From Octopus sinensis (taxonomy: Eukaryota), in contig NC_043003.1 of the NCBI RefSeq assembly GCF_006345805.1, positions 73,966,001 through 74,030,000 on the forward strand: a DNA stretch of 64,000 nt. The letters are read 5' to 3'. The notes beneath the pieces are model-generated. The model searched no databases, had not been told where the DNA came from, and was given only the letters and a program-made list of their open reading frames with translations. The translations under genes were made by a program, and so were the position numbers. Positions 27,166-40,810 of this stretch are shown piece by piece. The first letter of the stretch is position 1. Each line of letters begins with the position of its first letter.

Positions 27166-29106
27166 ATATATATATATGTGCACATATATGGGCGGAATAT
27201 ACGTGTCTAATGTACGGAATAAGCGCGTCACACAAAGTTAACACACGATACTTATATCCGTGTAAATGTTGCCTCTCTATAAGGATCTCGACTTCTCTTG
27301 TGCATTAAGCAGCTCTATTTAAAAAAAGGCTAAGAACGGACGTAAAGGTAACAGCTATTATAGACGGAAGCGATAGAGGATGGACTTCTAGCATCGCGCC
27401 AATACAATGAACTAATGTAAGTTAAAGATTAAAAGAGTTTACACTTTTATACATTTCGTATCCTTCCTTCACTTTAAACAATTTTTACTTGCTGCGTGCC
27501 GTTTCAGATTGATATAAATAAAATCCAAGTAAATAATCTCTCTTACATCCTCTCTTGTCACATACACTCTGGTTCCGACTTCCAGTATATACTTGACAAG
27601 AATATCAATGAGATTGAAAACAATGAAGCTTATAATAGTTAATGTTCTCTTTTTTATCGGTAGAATGCCTATTGTTGTGAATGGGAATAATAATTCGATA
27701 ATCTAGGTTTTGACATTTCTTGTAAAGTTATGTAGTCACCAACATATATTAACAGGATTTAAATGGTTATATGCTCAATCATTGTGAAATCAAATGATAC
27801 AATTTCAATGGTTTTAGTCTCTTTTGGATTTTCCGCGTTTAGTTTTTATTGCTGAAAACGATAACAAATGTCCCACGAGAGAGTAGTTCTCGCTTTTAAT
27901 ATGAAAGTAGTCAGATCAAAACACAGATACGTAGATATACGATTCTTCTTAAAAATAATAATGTACGGAATGGTTAGCATGTAATTTATTGGTATGCTAT
28001 TGCTCAACATACCATTATTCTATTTTAGTTATTGGCATTATTCTTTGATATATTTATAATTGTTTATGTTTGTGTTATTTAATTTATTAGTAGTATTAAA
28101 ATTAGTTGTTCATAATGTTACTCATTTGCAAGCTATGAGACGAAAAAAAAGCCATAATATTTAATCACATCTAAATACTTTTAACTGGAATTGCCACACT
28201 TTGAATAACCCATTCTCAGATTCAGTTTTGTAAGATTAACTGAAAAATACATTGAACCTACAGTGGATTATTATGAGCATAAATAACTTAAAACGTGTAG
28301 AATTCCTTGAAAACAATAATATTTGTATGGTGAAATGAAAATTTAACATTTCTGATATTGTACCCAAGAAAATATTAGCATCAATAGAATCAAGTGAATA
28401 GTCTACGCCGGAGAAATTTCTGCCCAGGAACTATTGGTAACTTTCTTAAATCTCTGGCTTGGGAACGCTATTGCTAAGGGCAGCGATGGCAGAAATTACC
28501 GATTCAAAACAAATTCCAGGCACGGAAGAACCGTTAGTTGGGTCTCTCTCTGATGCAGACAGAGCCAGAGCAACGGAAGAGTTTACAAGTATATAGTCCG
28601 AGTATTACTTAAGGATGTGTATTTGCCAAACATCTGTTGTCACGGATTTTACGGATTTGTCCATCAATGGAATGAAGCATAGGGCCTGAAACAAAGTGTT
28701 GGACTTTGAACCTGATATTCGCGGTCAGGGACATCAAAGTTTATTGTAGTTTAATTGACTGGCCCTGCGAAATTATCCCTCGTATTGTGGAAAATTTTTC
28801 AAGTCAATATTTGTTGTTTACGCCATCGATTTACACACAAAGTATGTAAGAGCTTCATTATGTATCTTCGTCATTTGTTATTAACCTCGATTTCTTTCAG
28901 CCATTGTGACTAATAAATATGATGATCATCATCATGATCATCATAATCATCATCATCTTCATTATCCTCATCACAATCATCAACATCGTCATTATCATCA
29001 TCATTATTATTATCATTAAGGCGGCTCTCGTTTTTATTGTGTATAGTTACTGCCGTTGTTGAATTTTCTTTGAATATTGTAATTAACACGCTAGAAAAAT
29101 GAACTG

Positions 29107-29230
29107 CGGCATTTTGACCGTGTCTGCGTTCTGAGCTCAAATTCCGTCTAAGACGATTTTACCTTTCATCATTTCAGGTTCGATGAAATACGTACCAGCT
29201 GAGTAATGGGATCAAGCTGGTCGATTCCAA
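29107..29230 (+). mobile_element. Decayed copy of SINE family S3
   Basis: Seen: GTTCTGAGCTCAAATTCCG..TTTACCTTTCATC..TCGATGAAATACGTACCAG resembles 7760-7850. Confidence 0.45.
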
Positions 29231-29699
29231 ATCATTGGAGACTCGTTGAGGCTGTACGTGGAATAAAAACATGGGCTTGGTTCAATAAAAACGCAACTGA
29301 GAAACTTACTATAGGAGATCAAGATTTGCGTGCCATACCAAATGTACGACCTATACAGTTCTCATATTCTAAATTCTCCTAATTTCAAGTTTCAATTTAT
29401 TGTCATTAAAAGAAACATGTTTCGGCTTCACACCTCTGGTATCAAACAGACGTTACGATTGAATTAATAAGTAAATTCGTATTTCCTGGTCTATTATTGC
29501 TATATCTGGCTTATTATTTTATGTTTTCGTATCAGTTTTAATTCGAAAATCGCTAAAAAATCTTGCATTTCTCTGACTCAAGCACACTTTTAACACTAAA
29601 ATTATAACAAATTCATCTGAACGACGCTGCTGATAGCTTGCTTCGAGGTTTACTTACTGCTCCCTTACGTTTCTGACAAAGCGTTCACAACTGTCAGGG

Positions 29700-30500
29700 C
29701 CTAGTAATGCCTCCTTTTCTTATATTCTCCCCAATCCAACTTTGCACATCGTGCAACAATGTATGCCCTAATTTCTATAATTCCACATACTCTACATTTT
29801 GCTGTTATCCTCTCCCCATACACATATTTTCTCAAGAGGTTTGTTTGTATCCCTTCATCTGCTGTAATAAGGTTCTCAATTGCCATTTTGTTCAACCAAG
29901 CCCCTGGTTTTATTCTGCGTACATTCTCAGTGTCTCCCTAAAACTTATGTAAAGGATTCTCATCCATCCCTTGAACATGTTCACTTTTGATTTCATTCTT
30001 GGTCTTTTCACCTGAAGCACACTTGATCACATGTTCATCATTTACTGAGTTTAGTAATTTCTTCGTGCTATTCTGTAAGTATTCTGGTAGGCTTTTTTCT
30101 TTTCGTCTGTACACACTTTCCCAGAGCAATTGCACATCTCCCTCACCAGGTATCCCTTCACGTATAACGGGTTAATATAAGCCTTTTAGGATGGTGAAAT
30201 CTATACCTAATCAACAGCTTTCTAATTTTTTAATGACAAGTTTCTGTATGTTGCTTCTTATCCAATATGCAATTGAAGGTTGTTATCTGATAATCGGCAG
30301 CTGATGCAGTTAATGCTTCAATGACATTTTTTGAATTCGAGCTTGAGCATAAACCCGTACTTGTAATAAGGTTCCTCTCTTCCCTTTTTATTTTTCTCCA
30401 GCAATCGCAAATACATATGACATTTTCCCTTCTTAACTGTTTTCATTATTTTGCCATTTGATATTTCAATTCCCTGTTTTCCTTCACAACTTTCCCGTTT
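29700..30500 (-). mobile_element. R4/Dong-like (RLE-type) non-LTR retrotransposon fragment, CCHC zinc-knuckle region
   Basis: Minus ORF: LITADEGIQTN..KCRVCG..YIVARCAKLDWGEYKKRRH. Knowledge: matches the AAQEQAI..KCRxC..HIxxGC..LAQxEYKRRH motif of R4-clade elements. Confidence 0.75.
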
Positions 30501-30755
30501 CAATATCAGTGTAATAAATGTTTCTATCCCGAACTCCGTACCTACATCATTGTGAGAAAATGTGAGCTGTATATATTATATAAGACTTTCAGGCTGCTCC
30601 TCGATTTAAATACAATGCTTCATTTCGCTCATGAAATGCAAATAATTTACCCGAGCATAACCTTTGCCCAACTTACAACGTCTTTTGACTGCCCGTTAGG
30701 GGGAATTAAGAAGTGTCATGGGCAGTACAAAAGCAATACAAATACACGATATAAA

Positions 30756-30942
30756 TTATTATTATTATATTATTATTATTATTTATTATTATTATTATTA
30801 TATTATTATTATATTATATTATTATTATTATTATTATATTATTATTATATTATTATTATTATTATTATAATTATTATAATAATAATTATTATTGTTATTA
30901 TTATTATTATTATTATTATATATTATTATTATTATTATTATA

Positions 30943-30979
<37 letters not shown>
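30756..30979. repeat. (TTA)n microsatellite at the 3' end of an R4-like element
   Basis: Seen directly. Confidence 0.97.
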
Positions 30980-30980
<1 letters not shown>

Positions 30981-31378
30981 TATGTTTGACTTTTGCTTTA
31001 TATTTGTACAAATTGGCTCCAAGTCTCACCCAGAGACCTCAAGAGACAACAGGCTGGAAGTTCGTGATGTTGTTATGCCTAGTGTGCCATATATTTGGCT
31101 TTGTATTTAGTGTTGTATTAGTGAATGTCAAAAGAAGAAAAAAAAACGAAAATTATGTTTGCTTTAAAACTTGAGATTACATAGAAAATATTTTGCGTAG
31201 GATATGAGTAGTTCCCATGAGCACTATCTTTTGAATTTCTGCCATTTTGGGGTTTCCTGGTATCTGAGTTAGGTAGCGATCAGCCCCTTTTGCTATCATT
31301 CCCAGGGCACCTATGACAACAGGTATTGTTTTAGTCTTCAGGTTCCACATTTTGCTGATTTCTATTTCAAGATCTTTA
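30979..31378 (-). mobile_element. Young-looking, 5'-truncated R4/Dong-like LINE 3' end (open 66-aa C-terminus plus 3' UTR)
   Basis: 31377 to 31177 reads KDLEIEISKMWNLKTKTIPVVIGALGMIAKGADRYLTQIPGNPKMAEIQKIVLMGTTHILRKIFSM* without interruption; both flanks are TAA-type repeats. Confidence 0.85.
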
Positions 31379-31490
31379 TTATTATTTTTCTTTATTATTT
31401 TTCTTCTTCTTCTTCTTCTTCTCTTCTTCTTCTTCTTCTTCTTCTTCTTCTTCTTCTTCTTCTTCTTCTTCTTCTTTCTTCTTCTTCTTC

Positions 31491-31555
<65 letters not shown>

Positions 31556-31612
31556 AACTACTAATACTGCTGCTGTTACTACTACTACGACTACTACTAC
31601 TACTACTACTAT
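31378..31612. repeat. Compound (TTC)n(TTA)n(CTA)n microsatellite
   Basis: Seen directly. Confidence 0.97.
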
Positions 31613-31679
31613 GAATATTATTCTTATGCGCACAGAAGATTTGATAATTTGAAATGGAAAATTCCTAACACCGGGCAAC

Positions 31680-31980
31680 ATCAATTAAACTCAGACCCCA
31701 AGAGCACTTTGTGCCCAATAATACTGCTTTTGCACGACATCAATCTTGCATGGGTTTTCCAGTTACCTAAAATAAGTCTTGAAGTTTCAATGGGATTAAG
31801 CCCAGCGCCCCAATCACCGCTGGTATTACTTTTACATTATCCTCTCACATCCCATACAGGCTTGCCATTTCCACTTTGAATTCAGAGTACTTGATGATAG
31901 TTTCAACCTCTTTACTCACAAAATTCATGTTATTTGGTATGGTTACATGAATGATCTGACAGAATTTGTCTCTGCTAGAG
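31680..31980 (-). mobile_element. Older R4/Dong-like RLE C-terminal fragment
   Basis: Minus: QIIHVTIPNNMNFVSKEVETIIKY..VKVIPAVIGALG..VLLGT, with stops. Confidence 0.7.
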
Positions 31981-33055
31981 AAAGAGGGGGGTGGAGGGAG
32001 AGAGAGATTTTTTGGGGGAAGAAAATGAAGGTAACACAATGTGTAGAATAACGACAGAATTTATAGGCTGAAATGAAAAGTTTTATAGCTGAGCCTGGAT
32101 ATTGCGTGTAATATATATTTGTGTAACGAAACGAACGAAATCAACTTTCAAAGAGAATGACACGGCAAGGGTTTTGAAAGAAGCGCGCGCGTGTGTGCGT
32201 GTGTGTGTGTGGTATATGTGCGCGCGTGTGCGTACATGCGCAAGTGCGTGCGACAGAGAGATAATGGGGACAGAGAGAAAACCGATGGTAAGAGGACATT
32301 AAAAAAATGAGATCAATTTATTGCCTAACAATATAAGTTAACCTATTTTTAATGAAATCAATCCAGTATAGGCAGTAAAGAGAGAGAGTTTGGGAGAGAG
32401 GAAGAGGGAGTGAGCGGTGCACGGCAAGAAAATAATTGTGTTTTTAGAAAGAACAGAATGTTTCTAATGGAATGACACAGCACGTGGTTTGAACGGGGCG
32501 GGTGTGATAAAAAAGAAATGGCTGAAGAGGGAAAGAAGAAATAAAAAAAAAAAAACGAAAACGCCAATATATATATTTATTTGACAATAAAGGTGATACA
32601 CAGAGTATAACAAAATTTACATATACTCTCTATATGCCTGAAAAAGGTCTTTGTAATGAGTAACTTTTAGCGAAAACATTTAAACATAACAATAGAGGGA
32701 GAGAAAGTGAGGGAGAGAGAGAAAGAGAGAGTCGTATGGCGCGCGGAAAATAAATTTATTTTATGACTGATGGTAGCGAATAAAAAAAATATTGTTCATC
32801 GAAACGTCTACTTCACTGTTCAATGATAAAATGCATGGGAGGATATTTTGGGTTTTCAGAATTTTTAACAATTTTATAAAAAAAAATAGAAACGTTAATA
32901 GCTGCTTTTAGGAAATGCTACGTAACTCTAATTCCTTAATAAGCAACTATTCTCATTATTGCATAGATTTACAACACATAGCACGAGGTAGGTTTCTGTG
33001 AGGAGATTACGAAAATTAAAGTTGCATGGGTCCGATTGAAAATTATTAATAATAC

Positions 33056-33474
33056 ACGCGCAGGAGTGGCTGTGTGGTAAAGTAGCTTGCTAACCAACCA
33101 CACGGTTCTGGGTTCAATCCCACTGCGTGGCATCTTGGGCAAGTGTCTTCTGCTACAGCCCCGGTCCAACCAATGCCTTGTGAGTGGATTTGGTAGACGG
33201 AAACTGAAAGAAGCCTGTCGTATATATGTATATATATATATATGTGTGTGTGTGCGTGTTTGTGTGTCTGTGTTTGTCCCCCTAGCATTGCTTGACAACC
33301 GATGTTGGTGTGTTTACTTCCCCATCACTTAGCGGTTCGGCAAAAAGACCGATAGAATAAGTACTGGGCTTACAAAGAATAAGTCCCGGGGTCGATTTGC
33401 TCGACTAAAGGCGGTGCTCAAGCATGGCCGCAGTCAAATGACTGAAACAAGTAAAAGAATAAAAGAATAAAGAA
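33056..33474 (+). mobile_element. Full-length SINE family S1 (tRNA head, CORE-like domain, internal TA/TG repeat, LINE-like tail)
   Basis: Seen: A box TGGCTGTGTGG, B box GGTTCAATCC, CTTGGGCAAGTG core-like segment, tail GGCGGTGCTCAAGCATGGCCGCAG..(AAAGAAT)n. Similarity to octopus OR-type CORE-SINEs is from memory. Confidence 0.9.
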
Positions 33475-34055
33475 CACACGCACGCACACACACATACACA
33501 CTCTCTCACACACACATACACACTCTAACACACACATCGTGATTAGTCCTTCTTCACAGATGATTGTATTTTCTTATGCCCTCCTCGTTGTCATTAATAT
33601 TTCTGCTTTTCTGCTCAAGACCTCTCTGATGTCTCTTCAGTTTCTCTGCAAATCTGCTTGGCTATGAAGATTAGGTGACGGACGAAAGATGTAGCTTTTA
33701 CTAATTCGGTGTGATAGCCAATGTTCTACGTATCTTTTCTAGGACCTTCAACGAATTTGGGTGAACAGTATAAATAACTGCCTGTCTACGAGATTTTCCA
33801 TGGAGCTGGTACCTGTCACAGGAAGACAATATCAGTTTTAGATTCATGCCACATATCTGCAGATTTAGGCCTCCGTACTTCAACTTCTTCCCTCACTGTT
33901 GTGCTTTTAGTAGATAGAAGAACAAATAGTTCTGTACGTCACCGTGTTTAGTGACTAGTTACATAGCGAAGCGAGATTAAGAGCAATCAAGATAGACAAT
34001 AGGTTTTATATGACAGTTTCCCCCACCAAAAGGGATAGTACACTTTGACGGCATG

Positions 34056-34056
<1 letters not shown>

Positions 34057-34127
<71 letters not shown>

Positions 34128-34183
34128 CACCACCACCACTACTACTACTACTGCTGCTGCTGCTGCGGCTGCTGCTAATAATA

Positions 34184-34254
<71 letters not shown>

Positions 34255-34303
34255 CATAATTATAATTAGAATTAGAAGTGGAAGAAGAATATATATATAT
34301 ATA

Positions 34304-34346
<43 letters not shown>

Positions 34347-34362
34347 GAGAACGAGAGAGATT
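34057..34362. repeat. Compound microsatellite (CTA)(CCA)(CTG)(AAT)(TTA)(TA)(GA)
   Basis: Seen directly. Confidence 0.97.
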
Positions 34363-35026
34363 ATACATCCGGGATGGTACGTAACGAACCGTGTGTAAAA
34401 TTCAGACTTGGCTGACCACACTGAACATTTAGTATCGTTCAGGATAAACAATTAATTTGCGTTAAACTTCATTGGAAAATCCTGAGTTCGAGTCAAAGGA
34501 TTTTACGTAGAATATAGAGTATATTATCAAAATATAATTGTGAAAAACGGACAATTACACTTTTTATTTTTTTATTTTCTTCGTATAACGTTTTCACCCG
34601 TCTTTCTGCTGAAGTGTACTTTGATATAATGGTTTTGTACACGTAATCGATTTATATTAAATCAATTGTATTACACCTGCTAATACATATTTTTACAATC
34701 GTATACACCTTCATTCAAAGTGTGCCCTATAAGGGTGGGTGAAGTAAATCAAACGTACTTGTATTACAGAATATAAGCTAGATATAAAACATAAGGACAA
34801 CAATCAGTGGAGGTGGTAGTGAATTTATATGTCATTATCTCTAGTTACTCTTAATCTCAAAGTAACCTGTTCGGCATTAAAGAGGCTGATCAAATTTTGT
34901 GCTTTATAGTAGAAAGAATCATAAATAGGTCAGAATGAAGTAGTATCACTGACGGCTCATATCACAAAATATAATAGAAAGTAGATTGTTGAATTTAAAA
35001 AGCTGAAGTCGGGGAATCTAATATTG

Positions 35027-35451
35027 TGGATATTTTCGGTTTGACCGGCAGTTTTTAAAAATAATTTCCACGTAACGAAACACTTTTAAACTTCGTAAAC
35101 TGGTAGAATGTGTTTATAAAGCATCTTATTCTCTTGGCTTTATTGAGAAAATTCTATAATTTGTAAGATATATATATTTTTTTTCAATTTCTGCAATTTC
35201 AACCAATCAATAACGTCTATTGAGGTGAATACGTTCTGTGCCGTATGAATATGTCCCTCGTTTAAGAAACAGATTGGGTTTATTTACATTTCTGAAGAAA
35301 AAAAAGATACCCTTTCTCCACCCCCTAACCCTAACTAACCCTAACCCTAAAACACATTGAAGTACAATAGATCGATACTAGGTCATAATTATTGGTGACA
35401 ATTTCATATGACACCGCTAGAAAAAAATGCCGTTCAAACCGAAAATATCCA
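35027..35451. mobile_element. MITE-like element, ~30-bp imperfect TIRs, internal (CCCTAA)n
   Basis: Left TGGATATTTTCGGTTTGACCGGCAGTTTTT; right reverse complement TGGATATTTTCGGTTTGAACGGCATTTTTT; CCCTAA repeats at 35323-35350. Confidence 0.8.
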
Positions 35452-37603
35452 TTAGGCAACTTAACGTATGCATACCAAACGAATATTAAAATATTATTAC
35501 CTATTGAATTGAATGTAACTCTATCAAAATTCTGTGCATTAGTAGAAAAAATCCCAATATAACAGAAGGGCTATCCGAGTAGTTGGAATTTGGGTGTTAT
35601 ATAAATTTGTGAATATTTTACCAGGGTTATTTAAGTGCCTTTCTATCTGAGAGAGTTCAAGCCCAATCTACTTATTTGGAAAACGTTCAAACATTTTCCT
35701 ACGTGAATTTAAGCATTTTATTGCTAACTCCATTTCCTAGATAAATATTCTGCGTTTAGAAATAAGGATATGGAATATTCGTATGTGGCAGACATCACAT
35801 GTTCGATTCCGATAAGTAGAGAGTGGAACACTACTAATGATTGGATATTTAATGCCATTGTTCGTATTTTTTATCTTTTAAAATCCAAATGAGCTTACCT
35901 AAAAACGTACAGTTAATTTTTTTCTCTATTTTGGGGAAGATAAAACATGATGATTATCTTACCCTGTTTTAAAATATGGAGAAGAGGACCCTAGGTAATA
36001 ATCCGAAATAGCACCAGGTGTAGTATTACAATGATACACTAAATTATTTCTAACGGACATGTGAGGCGATTTCTAAAATTACAAAAACATTGATATCATT
36101 AAAGTAGAGATGTATACACAACATTATCTCCCCTGTTTAAATAGCAAGCATTAATGTATTCAAAGTTTCCAAACTTCCTAACTGCTTTCTGCAAACCAAT
36201 CAGCTGTAATGAGCAGTAATTAGTACCAGTATTCAAAGTACTATTACAGCTGTCTCATTCAATCTGGAATAAAAGAAGATTTGCATGTCATCCTAATAGA
36301 TTTATTATATATGATATACTAAAATTACTGCATAACCAGGACAGTTATGATTGCCTGTCCTAAAAGTCTTAGAGGGCAGCAATGCCATTCATATATGTTA
36401 GTATAAGAAGATATCATTATAAGTTATGATACTCGCCTGCACGCCTAGCCGGTGTGTGTGAGTGTGTGTGTGTTTGAGCGTTCGTGCAAATGTATATGTG
36501 GGTGCTTGTATATGTATCTTTACTGTATCTTATTCATTAATCAATTCAATATATATTTTACAATTAATTTTATTGTTTCATTACATGTTTAAATACATTC
36601 CTGCGCTTGATATGTCTATTCATCTACATTTCAATATATATATATGTATCTGTGTGTGTGTGTAGGTATATCTGTATATATATATATATATATAGCTGTG
36701 TGTATATGTATACGTGTGTACGTCTTACTGTAAATGCATAAACGTGTGTATATAACTATATAAACATACCATATATTACAAATATTGTTGAAAACATTAC
36801 ATGAGTACATGCATTTTGTGTATACCGCTTTATAGATATATCCGATATAAACGATTTTGTTGGGTCCATTCCAACATATTTAAAATCTGTTTCTCCCAAG
36901 GAAATATCCTTCTCTTCATTGTTAGCAGAGTAAATATTTCTCTGTTTATTTGTTACCTAATAAAGATACATAAACGAATCGATATACAGATTTTTATGGA
37001 TTTTGTCTACCTTTCGTTTAAAGTTTGTCTATTTCCTGTTTCCCCATATTTTAGCTATTTGTATCTTTCCTAAATATACTGTCATTACCTTTTCCGTTTC
37101 TTAATGTGTACATACACATCGACAATCAAACGCACGAGCACACACTCGCATATATATGCTTGTGTGTGTATACACGTGTGTATGTGTGTATTTTGTATAC
37201 AATTTTATTTTATATTCATAACTGCAAAGTTGCTTTTATTCTCGCATTTCAAAATTGATTCCTTATAAAATGACATACTCATCACTTTAATTGTAATTAA
37301 ATATCTATTATTTACATAGTAATTATATGCTTTATCTTTTCTCCATTCGAGACATGGAAACTGCTATTGAACAAAAGGAATGAAGTTTTTAAATATAATT
37401 GAGAATATTTCAATTTGTATTCTTGCTAAGATCCTGCTCTGAAAATTTGTTGTTAGCTAATGTATTGCTTCTATGATTATTACATTAAAATAATAACGTG
37501 CTTAACAACATATCAAAGAATTCCAATGTTGAATTACAAGGATATATTGTTTCAGTGCTTAGGTATAAATGCTATATATATATAGTACTCTTCTCTAATT
37601 TAT

Positions 37604-37670
37604 ATTGTTGTTGCTGTTGTTGTTACTACTACTAATACTACTACTACTACAACAACAACCACTACTACTA

Positions 37671-37702
<32 letters not shown>

Positions 37703-37738
37703 ACTACTGTTACTACTACTACTACTACTACTACTACA

Positions 37739-37820
<82 letters not shown>
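37604..37820. repeat. (CTA)n microsatellite
   Basis: Seen directly. Confidence 0.98.
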
Positions 37821-37899
37821 GTGCATGCTAATTTATTCCAGAATATAGGATGGTAGTTTTCTGCAGGTCGGCAATGTCATTCAAGTTCAATTTCTTTCT

Positions 37900-39050
37900 G
37901 TCTTTTAAGCAACAACTTGAGTGTTATGCCAAGTGTTATGCCATAGAAATAATTGTCGTTTTATTACAACAGCTCTCTGGCTAAATCCTGATATTATTTT
38001 TTCATGCTCTTTGGTATCGACTCTTCTGTCATCGTGAAGTGCAAAATCCATAACCTTGCACTGTTTCTTTACTTTGTCCTTCCTAATTCTGGCCCGTCTT
38101 CTAACTTCAGTAGTATGGTCTGCCTTAATAACGATGTCACATTTGATCTTGTAATCCGCATTGTCTACCACACCCTCTGATTTCAGTTCACACCACCTTT
38201 CTGTTATTTTGAGGCTGCATGCTCCAATGATATTCGAAAGTACTCTTTTGCCTTTCAGTAATGTCTGCGCTTGTATTCCTTTTGTGCACTCACTCAAAAT
38301 GTGACTGATTCTCTCCTTTCTTGCAGATTCTACATATGTTTTCTGAATTTCGTCGATTTTTCCGGTTATCAGATTTGTTCTAAGGGCTTGTTTCTGAACA
38401 ATTAAAATTAACGTTGCCTATATTATAGGCTTCAATTCCTATATTTTCAGTTCGTTGCATTAATCAGTCATGCCGTTCAATTTCTTTCCATTTGTCCGTT
38501 CTGTTGTTCTTCCTTGTGTGTTTGAATTATTCTCTTCTTTGAGTAATTTTGTTTTGCATCCCTACTTGCCGAAAGTATTCTTCCTCTACTCTGCACAACA
38601 TAATTTTTAGCCCCAGTATCGAAGTATCTTCCGCACTAAGTATTCCTTTGCCACCTTCCTTTTAGACAGATACAGTTGGTCGGTATTGCTTTTAGGATTC
38701 AGAGCGCTATGCATTGCTAGATACTTTCTGGTCCCGCACTCCATCTTTCTCTATTGCAGAAGGGAACAGGATATCGTAATACTGACATTATCCATGAGTT
38801 CCTGTCGTTAATGATGTTCGCTCAAATTTAATTTGCTTTCAGCACCTTCCTAAATCTCCACTTGTAAAATTTAGTAACCATCTCTCTGATTTCTCTTTCC
38901 AATATCGCATCGCCTTGCTGTACTTTGGAGATATTTCTTTACCACATTATTCCATAGTGATCTAACAATATTATCTAGTGGTAATTTTATGTCATCGAAG
39001 TTTACATCGTTTGGATTTCCATAAAACTGAAGGTCATCCATACAGACTAG
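37900..39050 (-). mobile_element. Decayed R4/Dong-like LINE, from RT (CMDDL) to restriction-like endonuclease
   Basis: Minus: CMDDLQFY (~39040); WCELKSEGVVDNADYKIKCD..EVRRRA..DKVKKQCKVMDFALHDDRRVDTKEHEKI, matching the WYEHxPExV.EN..KILWD..RRPD..IIDxAxPxD..KExEKI pattern. Confidence 0.8.
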
Positions 39051-39122
39051 GTGATTTATTATTATCTTGGCGATCCATTCTTCCTCTTTAATTGTACCTC
39101 ATGGAATATTTTCTACTGTCCG

Positions 39123-39213
<91 letters not shown>

Positions 39214-39307
39214 ATGTATGTATATATATATATATATAATATATATATATAATATATATATATAAAATATATACATATATATATGTATGTATATATATAT
39301 GTGGTGA

Positions 39308-39372
<65 letters not shown>
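39123..39372. repeat. (TA)n(TG)n microsatellite
   Basis: Seen directly. Confidence 0.97.
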
Positions 39373-39374
<2 letters not shown>

Positions 39375-40396
39375 AGCAGAACAACTGACCGCAAGGACAA
39401 CAACACCAATAATAATAATTCTTATTTTTATTATTGTTGTTGTTGTTTACTTTTAATCTACACGACTCATAGAGCCACTTGTTGAGACAAATGGAGGGTA
39501 AGCCATAATGATATATGACTGAAGGCTTGGGAAGGTGGCGTGGCGATAGCAGTAGAGAAATATCTCCATATAATAGAATAGAAATATTCAAATTGATAAG
39601 GTTTTCCTAAGGATGTGGACAGTAATTAAAAGTTTAATCTTTTGGATTTCTGTGAGACATGATTCTTCAGAGATGTTTTCAAGATTCTTTTGGCATCCCT
39701 TTTTTATAAGTCCACATTTTGGGTTAAGAAGACCTACCTTTTGTATTTTAATTTCCAAGTTGTTGTGTTTACAGATTTATGAAACTTAGTAAATATAAGC
39801 TATCTAACTGATCTTTGAGCAGGACTTGCTCGACATCAAATACATTGACGACGAAGGGTGCATGTATATATCAAGTGTATGAGTGGGTGAATTATGGTGT
39901 CTGGTGCCTTTAAATGTGTATCTACTGTGAGTATGAATGTGTGTAGGTATGTAGTATGATTGTATGTGCGTAAGCTGGAGTGTGCTTAGGAGCCGATAGC
40001 ATCATCTCTTCGCTGCGTATGTACATGTTTGCTAGGGTGTGTACATACGGGGGCATGTCTATCTATATCTATCTATCTATCTATTTATCTATCTATCTAT
40101 TTTTCGATGTATTTATATGTTTGTTTTCTGCCTGTATATCTGTTTATACTACTACATACATATATACCTATGCATATAAATATATATGCATGTTTATATG
40201 CAAATATGCTGGCGCCCATGTTTCATTTTTGGAAGAAAAAAAAATCCTTATTCGGTGTTATCGACACCTTCACGTCAACAACTTCCCTTCAGACACGTGT
40301 GAATTGTCATTCCCTTGGAAAGAGGAAGAAGAATTAAATTCTGGAAGGGAAAGCATTGAAACTGAATTAATAGTAAAGATAAGAATAAATAATTAT

Positions 40397-40810
40397 ATTC
40401 TTTTATTCTTTTATTCTTTACTTTGTTTCAGTCATTTGACTGCGGCCATGCTGGAGCACCGCCTTTAATCGAGCAACTCGACCCCGTTACTTATTCTTTT
40501 GTAAGCCCAATACTTATTCTATCGGTCTCTTTTGCCGAACCGCTAAGTAACGGGGACATAAACACACCAGCATCGTTTGTCAAGCAATGCTAGGAGGACA
40601 AACACAGACACAAACACATACACGCATATATATATATACATATATACGACGGGCTTCTTTCAGTTTCCGTCTACCAAATCCACTCACAAGGCTTTGGTCG
40701 GCCCGAGGCTATAGTAGAAGACACTTGCCCAAGGTGCCACGCAGTGGGACTGAACCCGGAACCATGTAGTTGGTAAACAAGCTACCTACCACACAGCCAC
40801 TCCTGCGCCT
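40397..40810 (-). mobile_element. Full-length SINE family S1
   Basis: Reverse complement of the 33056 and 43713 copies, high identity. Confidence 0.92.

Noticed and set aside
40250-40370. Strong minus-strand acceptor-like tract (TTTCCCTTCCAG)
   Set aside because: All frames stop within about 25 codons and no partner exon was found.
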